From Balanoglossus misakiensis (taxonomy: Eukaryota; Animalia; Hemichordata), in the NCBI GenBank assembly GCA_040954595.2, contig CM082577.2:19566303-19630302 (forward strand): a stretch of 64,000 bases of DNA, in the 5' to 3' direction. How positions within the stretch are numbered: position 1 is the stretch's first letter; each line of letters opens with the position of its first letter. The notes beneath the pieces were generated by a model. That model was not told where the DNA came from. It saw only the letters and a program-made list of their open reading frames with translations, and did no database searches. This document shows positions 37,611 through 51,394 of the stretch, one piece after another. The translations under genes were made by a program, and so were the position numbers.

Positions 37611-38034
37611 TAGTCTCGGTTACCCAGAGCCCTCTGCTTCTTCCGTTAGGCACTCCAGAAAGAGGGTCTGGGGAAACCCGGTAGACTAACTGTCAGGCGG
37701 AATCGGGACAGCTGCGATGCATGACGGGAGATTAATATTCGATACGATTATGATATGTCGATATTAGAAAACTATTTACCGAACTTCTCTCTCTCTTTTC
37801 AATTTGTATACAGTTTTAGCAGGTCTAGCACTTCTCAGCATGTTTTCTTTATCGTATGTCATACATGTCGGCCGTGGGTTCGCGCGCAGGACGTCGCCAT
37901 TTTGGAATATTAATCTCCCGTCATGCATCGCAGCTGTCCCGATTCCGCCTGACAGTTAGTCTACCGGGTTTCCCCAGACCCTCTTTCTGGAGTGCCTAAC
38001 GGAAGAAGCAGAGGGCTCTGGGTAACCGAGACTA
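37611..38034. mobile_element. Non-autonomous Academ-like TIR element
   Basis: Near-perfect TIRs of about 130 bp (TAGTCTCGG...CCGAGACTA) and 9-bp TSD atatttccc. Confidence 0.8.
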
Positions 38035-38851
38035 ATATTTCCCCAATAACACAATTATGCAAATATGACAATTTTCTTTACGACATCTTACTTGGGTTAC
38101 CCCTAGGAACGTGTCTACCCAATTTCAAAGCTATCTGACAAGCGGTTTTACACAATTGAAGTTTATCCCTAAACTAATTTATGTAACATTAGAATACTTA
38201 CCCACCAAACTTTCGGGAATTAACACCTTAGGCTCCGTTTATTGCAAGATTGGAACTTTTAGCCTAGACTGTCATGTGACTTGTGTCACAGGACCCCCTA
38301 GCTTTTCAGTTTATACTCTGCCAGAGACTACATGCGCTCTTTAGAGTATAGCAGCCAGTGAATGATAATTCCACAAACAAAACCAGCTACCCGCCAGGTG
38401 CTAAATGAACAGGAATGGTGATCCATATTTTCGCAGAAAAAACAATACACCCACCAAATACTAACACCGTCTAAAACTGTCCATACAGGCCAGTCAACGG
38501 ACCTCCTAAATTGGTCGTAATAGACAGGTGGCCTAAAAAGACAAGCCAATTAATTAATACACATGTAAATTATGCAGGTAGACTAAAACAAAGTGGCCAC
38601 TATATAGAGGAAATCACTTCATGTAGAGGTGGTCACTAACACAAGCTTGACCATAAGTAACAATATGTCCCCAGGTTAAATTAATACACAGAGAATACCT
38701 AGTGGGGAGGCGGGTGGGAATGGTGGGTAAGTATTCTAATGTTACAGAAATTAGTTTAGGGATAAACTTTAATTCTGTACATTGAATACTTACCCACCAA
38801 ACTTTCTGGAAAATAACAGAATCCAACAGACCTTAGGGGGTGGGGAATCCA

Positions 38852-39330
38852 TTATTTACTTACCAGGAATGACAACCTGCTGGCCAACGGAAATCGGACC
38901 AAGAGAAAACTGTCCAATTCTGAAGCCTTGTCCAGTAGATACAAACTGACAAAAGAATTAGGTGAGCGCCATGTACCTGCATGGAGGACATCGTCAGCAG
39001 GCACACCATCTGAATACACCAGTGAAGCAGAGATAGCCCGAACCTCACGGGCTGTTACTCTGGTAAGGCGACGGTCAGTTTCAACGAACCGTTTTAGTAA
39101 GCCAACTAGAAATGGTGGACTTGGAAATATCCTTTTTTGGAGTGGGGGAATAGGTAGAAAAAGTCTAGTCCTACCCGCACGAAAGGACTCGGTTCGTTTC
39201 AAGTACCAATGAAGGCAATGTACCGGACATAAAAAACGCTCCTGTGGATCCGGCCCTGTCAGCGAGTCAAGAGCTTTAATGGAAAAAGGGGTGGCTACAG
39301 AACCAAGCACCTGGGTCTTAGCCAAAAAAC
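38852..39330 (-). pseudogene. DIRS1-type tyrosine recombinase C-terminal fragment
   Basis: FLAKTQ, LCPVHCLHWYLKRT, AREVRAISASL (degenerate AHEVR), AGTWRSPNSFVSLYL. Confidence 0.8.
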
Positions 39331-39861
39331 CTGGTCTAGTACCGAGACTGACAGTTCAATATCGTCATCATCCTTCTCACTGGACGCCGGAGAAGCATAA
39401 TGCTGATGTGAGTCGCGAGGCTGAGACGTATATTTCTTAGCAACGGCGCGTGCAACCTGATAACCGGATCTATCCGCTGAAGGTTGTCCTGCCAAAACAG
39501 TATGTACACTATGTGTCGACTGGCTTGACCCATTGCTAGGGGCGCCGGGACGACTAACACTAGCAGAAGGGACGTGTGCGCGTTTGCCGCTATGTCCTAT
39601 GCTCGCTGAGGCAGAACGATGAGTCTGCAAAGAGGTAGGCCTTCCCGTCGAAGACATATGACTTTGCAGCGGAACTGTCCCAGTGTGGTCAGAGGTTCCC
39701 ATAGGAAGCCCTGTTGCCATGGGGATAGGCTGCTGAAACCCTAGTTGCATATCATTCGACTCATTTGGAGGGCGGTACGACATTTGTTGTCCTGAGACAT
39801 AAGGGTTAGGGTAAGTACACCTCTCACGCATCAAATGACCAAGACAACTCTCTGGCAGTAA

Positions 39862-40638
39862 GGCTGCATTCACAAACACCTCTGGAGGGGGGGGCGGGAG
39901 AATTCAATTTTTTTTACCGCTAATTTTCACATGCCCCCCCTTCCGAACTGCCAATATTTTCAAATCCCCCCCTTCCGAACTGCCAAAATTTTGAAATCCC
40001 CCCCATTGTCTTTCACAGAGCAAAACACATCACCTATCTATCTTGTAAAAAGAACAACAGCGCTCCCATGAAAAGAATTTGAAACTGATGTTTCCCCTCA
40101 TCAGTGGGTATTAAAACTGAACATTGTTTTTATTTTTTAAGTACATATATTTGTATTCTGTGTTGGGAGACTTTGTAAACTGAGAATTGAAGGGGGTGGG
40201 TTTGGGAAGGGGTGTCCCCCTCCCACATTAGAAAATTTTGTAAAATAAAGGGCGCGAAACTGCATTTTAATGAACCCGGCAAAGCAAATTAACTCAACTA
40301 CCGGTATGTTGGGGAGGACAAATTTAACCGTCGGGGCTCAAAGTTATCATGGGGTGGGGCAAGTCCCCTGACCTGGGACACTAGATAAACCAGTCAATGA
40401 TTGAAAGGTGTTGATGAATGGAGGGGGTGGGTGTGGGTGTCCCCCTCCCACATTAGAAAATTTTGTAAAATAAAGGGCGCGAAACTGCATTTTTGTGGAC
40501 TCAAAATAAATATTTAGTCGTTAAAGTTTTCAAGTCCCCCCCTTTCAGTCCCTAAATTATTTCAAATCCCCCCCCCTTACATACCCTCAATATTTTCAAA
40601 TCCCCCCCCTCAATTCTCCTGCCCCCCCCCCCCTCCAG
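39862..40638. mobile_element. Harbinger/PIF-like MITE, copy 3
   Basis: Same TIR, TSD TAA. Confidence 0.85.
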
Positions 40639-41324
40639 AGGTGTTTGTGAATGCAGCCTAAACCGAAGTATTTTAATAAAACTCCGCAACTAAAAAAAAA
40701 AATTTTTTTTTACAAATACATAGCTCAAAACAGGGCAGGAGCTTGCTCCCCTTGAGACGCTGCTGACCCAAGAAACAAGTGCAATGACTGAGCATGCGCC
40801 GTACAGTGAAAGGTGGGCTCCCTAGCTAACTCAAGGTGTAATTAACTCCAATGACACATTATTAACAAATTCCAAACCGGGTGCTGATAATACATACCCG
40901 GTTGGAAAACCTGGGGATAATTTCCATACGGCTGAAAAGTGCCAGAATGATGGAAATCTCTCTGAAAATTGCCCTTAGTAGGTATACAATGAAAACACAT
41001 CGAACCTTAGTTCTGTATAGGGTACTGGTTGATGTTAGGATAACCTGAAAATACCTCAGCTGGGGCAGGCCCTGTTTGAACTGCTCCAGTGTGTTGCTGA
41101 AAAGGCCCCCCCAAAACCTGATTATTTGTCATGGTACGTGTCGGTTCGGGTGCCTTAACAACGGAAGCAGATTGTGCGTGGAACAGAATTGCTACTTTGT
41201 AAACAAGAGATTCCGCTTGGCGCGAAAATATTACGGGTAGAAACCACGGGAGAAGACAACTGATTTGTCTCACCGGGGTAAATAAACCCTACGGAAGATT
41301 CCGATAGTGGTCCAGCATCACTTA

Positions 41325-42119
41325 GGCTGCATTCACAAACACCTCTGCAGGGGGGGGGGCAGGAGAATTGAGGGGGGGGATTTGAAAATATTGAGGGTAT
41401 GTAAGGGGGGGATTTGAAATAATTTAGGGACTGAAAGGGGGGGACTTGAAAACTTTAACGACTAAATATTTATTTTGAGTCCACAAAAATGCAGTTTCGC
41501 GCCCTTTATTTTACAAAATTTTCTAATGTGGGAGGGGGACACCCCACACCCACCCCCTCCATTCATCAACACCTTTCAATCATTGACTGGTTTATCTAGT
41601 GTCCCAGGTCAGGGGACTTGCCCCACCCCATGATAACTTTGAGCCCCGACGGTTAAATTTGTCCTCCCCAACATACCGGTAGTTGAGTTAATTTGCTTTG
41701 CCGGGTTCATTAAAATGCAGCTTTGAGTTCTGTATTTTAGAAAATTTTCTTACGTGGGAGGGGGACACCCCCTCCCAAACCCACCCCCTTCAATTCTCAG
41801 TTTACAAAGTCTCCCAACACAGAATACAAATATATGTACTTAAAAAATAAAAACAATGTTCAGTTTTAATACCCACTGATGAGGGGAAACATCAGTTTCA
41901 AATTCTTTTCATGGGAGCGCTGTTGTTCTTTTTACAAGATAGATAGGTGATGTGTTTTGCTCTGTGAAAGACAATGGGGGGGGATTTCAAAATTTTGGCA
42001 GTTCGGAAGGGGGGGATTTGAAAATATTGGCAGTTCGGAAGGGGGGCATGTGAAAATTAGCGGTAAAAAAAATTGAATTCTCCCGCCCCCCCCCTCCAGA
42101 GGTGTTTGTGAATGCAGCC
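41325..42119. mobile_element. Harbinger/PIF-like MITE, copy 4
   Basis: Same TIR, TSD TTA. Confidence 0.85.
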
Positions 42120-42430
42120 TTACTGTATGACGGGAAGGCAAATACGTCCGTTTTCTTAGGAGTTTGCCCGCCCTGTATGGCACTAATTTCAGTTTTGGTA
42201 TCGTCGGCCGATTGAGCACGATCGTGACCAACGCCTCGCAAGTCAGAATCTGACAATGACTGGCCAGCCAGCGAGGGGGCGAAATTAGACCAATCTTTCT
42301 GTGTCCACGAAGAGCAAATGTCACAAGGCTGAGCCTGTTTGCATGCTCGGCAAAAGGAACACAGACGATGCTTATCTAGCAGTGAGAACTGCTGACCACA
42401 ATCACATGTTCAATTCGAATGAGAAGCCAT
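42120..42430 (-). pseudogene. DIRS1-type gag N-terminal Cys/His finger
   Basis: MASHSN*TCDCGQQFSLLDKHRLCSFCRACKQAQPCDICSSWTQKDW. The TGA is plausibly from CGA by CpG decay. Confidence 0.75.
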
Positions 42431-42598
42431 GATCGGAAAAGAATCGGAACGAGTGATGAACAAAATTACAATAAAAAATTTCAAGGAACACTAAAAATTT
42501 TAGGAACACTAGAAAGCCCTTTTATTAGAAACCGAAAACTAACTCGGTCAAGGTGAGAAATGCGCTGAGTGGAAAAAAACAACCTTTATCGTGTTTAA

Positions 42599-43710
42599 GG
42601 GACCGTTCAGTTTTTACAGCCGGGGGGGGGGGGGGGGCGGCAAAATCCAGGGGGGGGGGGGGTCACTTAAATTTTGAAGTCCAAAAGGGGGGGGGTCATT
42701 TGTTTTTTTTTAAACGTTTAGGGGGGGGGGTCACATACTTTTACCACCGAGCTTTTGCTTTTGAGTCCACAAAATTGCAGTTTCGCGCCCTTTATTTTAC
42801 AAAATTTTCTAATGTGGGAGGGGGACACCCCCTTCATTCTCCGCCACATTTCATTTTTTGCTGATTTGTCTAGTGTACCAGGGCAGAGTGCTTGCCACCC
42901 CAACCCCACCGATGATAATATTTAACAAAGTAAATACATAAAGGAGAATAATCGTTTAAACCATTTCGCATAACTGATAGTTTCGCGCTGCATCTTCTAT
43001 ATACTAGAAGTTTTATAAATGATGTCATGACGAAGATGACGCCAAATCTTCTAACTTTGAGTGGAGTGGCAAAAAGTAAAATTGGTCCTCCCAAACATTG
43101 AGATAATTTGCTTTTGAGTTTATTAAAATGCAACTTTGCACTACATACTTTACAAAATGTTCTTATGTGGGAGTGGGACACCCCCTCCCACACCCACCCC
43201 CTCCAATCTTTGCCACATTTCATTTATTCGCTGGTTTGTCTAGTGTACCAGGGCAGACTTCTTGCCACCCCACCCTGATGCTTACTTTGAGTGGAGTGGC
43301 AAAATTAAAATTTGTCCTGCCTAACATCGAGTTCATTTGCTTTTGAGTTCATTAAAATGCAACTTTGAGCACCGTATTTTACAAAAAATTCCTTGTGTGG
43401 GAGGGGGACACCCACCCCCGCCACTTTTCTTGTTTTACCAATTCTAGCAACTATTGTATTGACTATATACTTCAATAATACTTTAAGAAATTTATAATTG
43501 AGGTGTGAGGAGCCTCATTCCCTTTATTGCATACAGTGTACATAGGATCAGGATGGCGAATGTTTTCGCCGGGGGGGGGGGGGGGGGGGGGGGGGGGGTG
43601 GTCATCATATTTTTGGGTTTGTCAAATGGGGGGGGGGGGGTCATCATTTTTTGGTCCTGGGTGAAGGGGGGTTCGGCCTGATTTTGAAAACCGATGACAC
43701 AAACTTGCCG
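42599..43710. mobile_element. G-run-rich 1.1-kb non-autonomous element, copy 2
   Basis: Begins taa|GGGACCGTTC (Harbinger-like). Collinear with 10686-11810. Confidence 0.7.
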
Positions 43711-43767
43711 CGGAAACGCTAACCGAGATCAACAAGATAAGATATCCAACAAGGGAAAAGTCACTTA

Positions 43768-44328
43768 GGCTGCATTCACAAACACCTCTGGAGGGGGGGG
43801 GGGCAGGAGAGTTGAGGGGGGGGGGATTTGAAAAAAATTGAGTGTATGTAAGGGGGGGATTTGAAATAATTAAGGACTGAAAGGGGGGGACTTGAAAACT
43901 TTTATGATTAAATATTTATTTTGAGTCCACAAAAATGCAGTTTCGCGCCCTTTATTTTACAAAATTTTCTAATGTGGGAGGGGGACACCCCTTCCCACAA
44001 CCACCCCCTTCGATTCTTGGTTTACAATGTCTCCAAACACAGAATACAAATACTTAAAAAATAAATACAATGTTCAGTTTTAATACCCACTGATGAGGGG
44101 AAACATTAGTTTCAAATTATTTTCATGGGAGCGCTGTTTTTCTTTTTTACAAGATAGATAGGTGATGTGAAAGAAAATGGGGGGGGGGATTTTAAAATTT
44201 TGGCAGTTCGGAAGGGGGGGGGGTGTTTGAAAAAATTTCGGGTTGTTGAGGGGGGCATGTGAAAATTAACGGTAAAAAAATTGAATTCTTCCCCCCCCCC
44301 CCCTCCAGAGGTGTTTGTGAATGCAGCC
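43768..44328. mobile_element. Harbinger/PIF-like MITE, copy 5 (internally deleted)
   Basis: Same TIR, TSD TTA. Confidence 0.85.
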
Positions 44329-45185
44329 TTAGCTGTCAATCCTAGAGCAGAAAAAGCAGCTGCCACAAAGGAACTTGCACGGAGCGGAGAAGAGAGATGT
44401 CCGTGGTGCTGTCTCCACAAGGTATTAAACTGGGGAGCTAGGGGGTCCTGTGACACAGGTCACATGATAGTCTACACTTAACGTTCTAATCTTGCAATAA
44501 ATGGAGCTTAAGGTGTTAATTCCCGAAAGTTTGGTGGGTAAGTATTCAATGTACAGAAAAAGAATTTTGATCAAAAAGGCATAAATTGCTCCAAAATTAT
44601 AAATAATATACAAATTTTGCAGCAATTTAAACAAAACTCAGATCACTTATAAAGCTCCATACTTGATTTCAAAGAAGATGGCTGATCAATTCCAGAAAAG
44701 TAGATTTTTTACCAAAAATGTGAAAAATACAAAAAATGCTTAAAAATAGAAATTTCACACGATTAGCTCAAAACATACAGAACTGTGTGAGGTTAATATA
44801 AGGTATATGCATGCCAATTTTCTTGGTCGCTGAGTTTTTGAGTTTTCACTTTTCCCCAGCAAATTTGCATATTTTTGGCAGGGACAACTTCATGTGAACA
44901 AACTCCCATCTACAGCCTGGCCTGCATCTACACACCAAATATTGAGGTTATACGCGCAGCGGTTTTGAAGTTTTTGATGTGGACGGACATACAGACATAC
45001 ATCCATACATACAGACGCAACCGATTCCGTAAGGTCCCATGGTATATATACATAACCAAATGGGACCTAAAAATGTATCAATGTGACTGCGTGGGTGTCT
45101 AAGCAATCAATAGCGTGTATGGGGAACATGTATGGGTGGGTTAAACCACTACCTCCTTTTTTATGTCCATGGTTAAACAGGAGAG

Positions 45186-45605
45186 CCGGTGTTGTGCCGA
45201 ATTCGGCCCCATGCCGAATACGTCCCGCGCATGCTCGGGTCATCAGTAACATGTGTCTGAAATATTGCATTTTCTTGTGTGAAAGTTTTGCCATCCAACG
45301 TGCATGTAAGGCTGTGCATGAATGTACAGTGTACTGCACTGTAAACTTGGACATTGCATTACCGCAAGGATTTAATTTCATTCCACCAACAAATCAGGGC
45401 CATGGGCAGATATTCACCCATTTAGGCCGAAACCATCACTTTTAGCTTTCAATAGTTAACATGACTTTAGTTGGGGTCTTAATCGGCAACGGGGCTGAAA
45501 TCAGCAGCTTTACCTGCCGATCTTATCCCTTAGAAGCCATGGTTTGTTTGTCAAGGCATGCGCGGGGACGTATTCGGCATGGGGCCGAATTCGGCACAAC
45601 ACCGG
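45186..45605. mobile_element. MITE with TIRs of about 50 bp
   Basis: ccggtgttgtgccgaattcggccccatgccgaatacgtccc and its reverse complement. TSD unclear. Confidence 0.7.
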
Positions 45606-45748
45606 TATAAACGGGATGGTTTGTCTGCGCCCATGGTGTCACGATTAAACCGCAGCAACTGTGTGTCTTTTAATATTTCTTTTTGAATTTAACATAGTGA
45701 ATCTTTCCATTTTAGCATGTCCGATATCGATTCTAAAAGGTTATTTAA

Positions 45749-46316
45749 AGGGTTTATGACATGCTTTGAAAAGTTTTCATTTTTCCCCATCTAAAGCTCA
45801 CCTAGGGTACCCGTCTATGCATTGCCTATTGTGTCGGTTCTGAAAAATGTGCGCGAATGCCGGAATTTGCCCCCTTTTTTCATGCCTGTGATCAGGGAGC
45901 CACTTCGCACTCGAGCCAGGCGAAGGTATTTGCATATGGACAAACAAGTACACTACGTCGTAGTGTACTATTCTGTTTACAGTAAAGTGTAATTAGCGGT
46001 CCATGAGTAATTAAGTCCACAGACAAAGGCAAGCTACATAAACAGTGTTCAAAGCAAAGGAAGCCCTTTCCTCACATTACAAGCAGAGGATTTACAAAGG
46101 TGTGAAAGACTATTTGTCCACATCAAGATAAGTCTTCGGCTTAACTTCGAAAAGCCGAAAAAAATCGACTGAGTTGGTTTTGGCCCACTCGTCACTTTTA
46201 CTTGCCTGTTATCTAAGCACAGAAGGTGATACGCAATACAAGATAGTAACATACGTTAACTTCAAGACCCAAAGAGTGATTTTACGCGTGGTTGTATAGG
46301 GCATGGCATGGGACCT
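45749..46316. mobile_element. Kolobok-like MITE
   Basis: TTAA flanks and diverged TIR agggtttatgacatgc / gcatggcatgggacct. Confidence 0.5.
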
Positions 46317-47191
46317 TTAAGCAATAACCCCCGCCGCAGGCGGGTATACACGAGATTTGGGTACAATTCGAGACATATAGCACGAGCCGTCAGGAGAGTG
46401 CTATATGGAGCTAATTGTACCCAAATCTCGTGCATACCCGACTGAGGCGGGGGTTATTGCTATTATATTATATCAACAATTGTTTTTGTGTCATATCAGT
46501 GTAATTTTCTTACCGAAACGGCGTCAGAAAGAGAAATTACGATCGTGAACCAACATGGCGACGATGAATGAAAACACGAGCGGTCGGGATCGAGCATTAA
46601 ACATGAAGCAGACGACAAAAAGTGACAAGACAGGCATCGCGCGTGGCAAAGTGACAAATATTTCCACAGTCCGTTAATTCAACAGTATTTTTGTTTCATT
46701 TATTTGGTTTAAACATGCACGACTGTGGTTTAACCGCACATTTTGCTGCCGCATGCTAGTTCAGGCGCCCGTTTTAGCACTGCCAGCAGTGCTGACTATT
46801 TTAGCATCGCTGGATTGAGCTCTCGTCCAATCAGAATTGCGGACGGTAGCATGATATAATATAATTAAGCAATAAAACACCCCCAGTCATGGTATACCAC
46901 GAGATTTTGACCAGTTCACGACATATACGCACGAGCGATAGCTCGTGCGTATAAAGAGTTGAACTGGTCAAAATCAAGTGGTATACCATGGCTGGGGGTG
47001 TTTTATTGCTATTATATTATACCAGTATATTGAAACTTTGCATAAAACATTTTAAAAAGGCATTTTCTTTGACTATGAGTTTTGCGTGATATATGACTGT
47101 GGTATGTGACGAATATATCACAGTCAAGTGTCTTGTCTCGACCAATAAAATAGCGTGATTTACACCATCAATATACTGGTATAATATAATA
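46317..47191. mobile_element. Two tandem long-hairpin elements (possibly non-autonomous Crypton-like)
   Basis: Hairpins of about 145 bp at 46320-46461 and 46868-47010, each followed by a second IR pair ttatattat...ataatataa. Confidence 0.5.
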
Positions 47192-47765
47192 AAAAATATG
47201 GCACTGTATGTCGAATGGTGCAGTAAGTAATGTATATAACTCGCCTGCGGCTTGTCCATGCCTCGCTCACTGAGACCAAGCCCATACAGGCCATATATTA
47301 TGCATACCCCTATTATTATTCACCTCTTTCTGTCAACACCCATTTTACGTAGTTTTAAGGGATATTTAGTTGGTGTACGAAGAAACACTATCTTTGAATC
47401 GAAACGTGAGTCACCCATACTGCATGCCAAAATTTACTTTCTGTGCAGTGCAGTGCTTTTTTTTAAGTTTAAAACTTACAAATAAAAAAGACTGTTTTAT
47501 TCAGACCCAGTTTGTTTTTATTGTATTTGTTAATGTGTGGTATGAATGACCACTGGGAAAATTGTTGTCTAAAAATACATTTGGCAGGTCAAAGGTCAAA
47601 TAGAACAAACTCCTTGTATTGGGACTGCGTTTCTCCGCGTACTGTACAAATACGGAAAGTTATTGTACGACTTAAGTGCCATAGGTTACAGCAGTAGGTG
47701 TATAATAACAGTGTATACATACATATATATCTGATTGTGTGATATACTTATTTCCTTCTACTCAC

Positions 47766-47881
47766 CTTGAAGCCACAATCTGCACTCTAACATATCAGAT
47801 TGTAGAGTCGACACCAGTAGGTATGATGGCACACTTAATATAACCATAGATAATGCAAATAATATTGCCTGCCTCACAAAT
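47766..47881 (-). CDS. TELO2: TELO2 (Tel2, TTT complex) C-terminal coding exon
   Basis: 116-nt exon with acceptor ttatcttttcaacccag and donor AAG|gtgagt. Open frame FVRQAILFALSMVILSVPSYLLVSTLQSDMLECRLWLQ resembles the recalled vertebrate TELO2 stretch YVRQGLLSAVSSVLLSLP...LLEARSWLA. Its phase-1 end joins the next exon to give Asp. Confidence 0.85.
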
Positions 47882-50564
47882 CTGGGTTGAAAAGATAAGC
47901 AAAACAGAAATCAAATGTGAATATTAACTGCTTTATTTATTGCAAAATAAATGTTTCAGCCATACCATTAAGCTCCACTTTCTTTAAAGGATAAGTTCTG
48001 ACCCGCCTGAATCTGCCTTTTGAGTTGAAATTAGTTACCTCTCTTGCCAATCTTTCATAAAATTTAATGATAGCATCACCCACTTGATGAGAGCTTTTCG
48101 AAATAAATACTATGTGATGCGCCATTTTCCCTAATTATTCCTAATAATAGCGCCTGGCAAATTTACACCTTTGTGTGTCTGAGAAGGAGTAAGGGGGTCT
48201 TTCTGGGGCGCCTCAATGTATACATTGCATGCATTCAATATGGCTTGTGATGCTGTAAGTATTGCTTGTAGATTTGAAGTAAAACGATCCATAGGAAGTT
48301 TCTTTATGATTTATACTTTTTTCCCTTCATTGTCTCGAGATGTGTGGAGTGACCGTGTCTCGAGTGATAGGCTCGCATTGGTTTATGTACTGACTGTTGT
48401 GTGCTCTCGATCAATTTGGAGAACAGGACAGTTGTAAAACGCGGGATACAAGATCACTCACGACCACTTGAGCATAGCCCGTACTTGATTGTCATATAAT
48501 ACATGTAGTGCCATTTTCCCTGTGTGTCCCACTCCTTCAAATATATTTCAACACAGAACTCTTAATGAAATACGTATAGCTTTCGCCAAGAGTTATTTTT
48601 AATCATTTAAAAAGTGTGTTTTTGGTCAATTTAAGTGACATTTTCCTTTCCACAAGCAACAACATTTACCTATGAGCGAAATTCTTTCTGGTTTAATGTT
48701 CCATGAATGTTTCAACAACCAGTTTTACTCAAGTTCCATGCTCAAAGATTGTAATCGTTTTCAACTGGCGGGGCTTGTGGTGCGTGGTTTATATTGCTTT
48801 TTAAATTGCCTACTCATTCGACAATGCGTTTTTGTTTTACTCACACTCTGACTCATACCGGCATTTTAATTCGCTCAGGAAAACAAAACGATAGATTTTA
48901 ATAGCAGAATTGATATATAACTCGCCAGTATTTGTTTAGATCATGTGATGGACAGTCAGCTTAGTGTTTTGAGCTCTGGTTGCTTCAAATATGTGCGACA
49001 TTTCATATCACGCACTGCAATCAAATCGGTCGACTCATGTTTACTACCCGCTGGAAGTGACTTCCATTACCTCGCACAACGGTAGTGAGTGAGGGTCAAA
49101 GTCTGTTGCCGCAGTTTAACCTGTGTACTCAGGTAGTACTCCCTGGAAAATCAGCTGAAATATGTAAACAGACCAGTGATTTTTTTTTATTTGAGTACTT
49201 ATTGAGTCTGCGGCGTGGACTTGTTGACATTGTGTAGCACGGTGTATACTGGTTTATCTCATTGGCAAGTTGCTTCATAAAATTCTGGGCAATCAACTGC
49301 TAAAAAATGGGCACCTACTTCCAACTGATGGTTAGGACCAGATTACCCCCAAAAGAGCGGTAATTTAATAAAATTAAATCTCTAATAACCAAGAAACGTT
49401 GCGCAAGTCGCCCGGTGAGAGTTCAACGGCCGCTGCCTCAAAATAAAATTCAAAACTTCCAACACCGAGCTCCCGTACATGTTCATCAAATTCGCTAACA
49501 TATTCTAGTCCTAAAAATTCATCCTAATCGTCATCCTTAAGAAAAATCAAATTATTTCGGCATATGCTCACAAAATTCATGGTAGGTAAATTCAGTATTG
49601 TAAACAAATGTCGTTAATACATTAAATTATATTATGTTATATCATGCTACCATCCGCCATTCTGATTGGACGAGAGCTCAAACCATAATGGACGAAAGCA
49701 CACATTATGCGTCATAATGTAAGAGGCGAATGCCGAGTACATTATGGAGTACAATGTGTACTTGAGTCCCTTATGGGTCTCTGGGGCATACATTATTCTT
49801 ATTATTTTATAGTTTTGTAAATGCCAGTGAATTTGCAGACTTCAAAAATCTTTAAATTACTATAGGTGCAAAAAATTCGGACTCGGACACGGAGATCGAA
49901 AATGGAGCAATGGCGTACACATAAACAAAAGGTCAGCTGATCGCGGTGAATCAGTGTACTGTTCATTTCTAGTATCATATTGAAACATCAGGAAATAAAT
50001 AATGAAGGTTTATTAACGCATGTGAAAATTCATATGAGGGTTCTGCTGAAATATATCTGAAAAAGTTTCGATTTTTGTGAAATCTTGGTGAGGAATCAGG
50101 GAATATTTGCATTCGTTTGCGTTCTCAGGAAAGTTCACGTATACGGGTGCGCGGAAGGTTGCAATACATAAACAAACTCGCCCTTCTCCATACCGGGTAC
50201 TAGTCTAGTAAATCTACGAGATTTGGGCACCTATTCAATATGGCAGACTGTATTCCTAGAAAACCATATTTGGGCAGTATATCGGTACTATGCAAGCTAT
50301 TTTAGTGTTTTTTTTAATTCAAAATTACCTCTATGACATTTGGAACAATTTTGAAAATATTTTATTTACATTTGCACTTTCTATTTTGGATAAATCCAAT
50401 ATGGCCGCCAAATGAATGTTCAACAGCTTATCATACTCCGGCATATATAATAAGGTTCATTGAAAAAATGATGTAGCACTAGGAATGCGTAACGAAGCAA
50501 ATATAAAACTAATAATATATAATATAATAATAGCAATGCAACAAATAATTATAATTATATTAAC

Positions 50565-51394
50565 ATGATTCGTTATTGGAATAGGCTTCTGGCCATGGAC
50601 GAACAAAGACTTACAAAAAGGGTCTTCTTGTGGGACTTTGCTTTAAATGATTACAATAATTGGTCAAATGAAATCTGTCAGATTTTTGATATTTTAAACG
50701 TAGATGTGGAAAACCTATTGTACATTAATATTCCTATGGTTAAAAGAAAGTTGTTATCAATGCTCGAGTCTGATTGGCTTGAGAATGCTAGACAAAAAGC
50801 TAAGTTACGTACTTATATTCTATTGAAATCTACTTATAGTGCAGAAAGTTATGTTACGTTGAATTTGTCCCGTCGACAACGTTCGTTGACAGCACAAATT
50901 CGTGCCGGTGTATTGCCTCTTCGGATTGAAACTGGAAGATTTCGTCACGAGAGTTCAGATAGAAGGCTTTGTGAATTTTGTCAGAGTAGTTCTATTGAAA
51001 ATGAGAGTCACTTTCTATTGCATTGTCCATTTTATGATGATTTAAGGGTATCTTATATGAAATGTCTTACGGATGTACGAATTGGTGATATTCCAGACGT
51101 GGAAAAGCTGAAGTTATTATTTGAACAAATTAACGTTAGAAACACAGCAAAATATATCGAAAAAGCATTTCTTCGAAGGAAAGAAAGGTTGTATAGGCTC
51201 AATTAGCATGCATGATTTGTACATTTGTCATTGTGTATTGTACACCCATCTTTTTCTATTTTTTGCTTGGATCTTTAAAGTGACATATAAGTCCATTGGG
51301 CTGGGAGGTTTTCCTATTCAGATTATTATCTTCTCTGTAAAGAATTTGTAATTGACCTCATGTCACTATAACAAACTATCTATCTCTCTATCTA
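50565..51394 (+). mobile_element. 5'-truncated LINE (RTEX-like) 3' end
   Basis: 213-aa ORF with YWNRL, KLRTY, LPLRIETGR and CCHC motif CEFC...ENESHFLLHCPFY. The 3' UTR ends in (ctat)n. Confidence 0.8.

Larger units (their letters stand above)
38155..44558 (-). mobile_element. Decayed DIRS1-like retrotransposon with ITRs and ICR, internally deleted
   Basis: ITRs 38191-38302 versus 44436-44547. ICR at 38722-38806 is complementary to both termini. Gag zinc-finger start at 42430 and YR C-terminus at 38852-39330. Confidence 0.85.

Noticed and set aside
40640-40990. Possible second DIRS terminus inside the DIRS1-like gag region
   Set aside because: I found no matching partner repeat in the window, so it cannot be supported.
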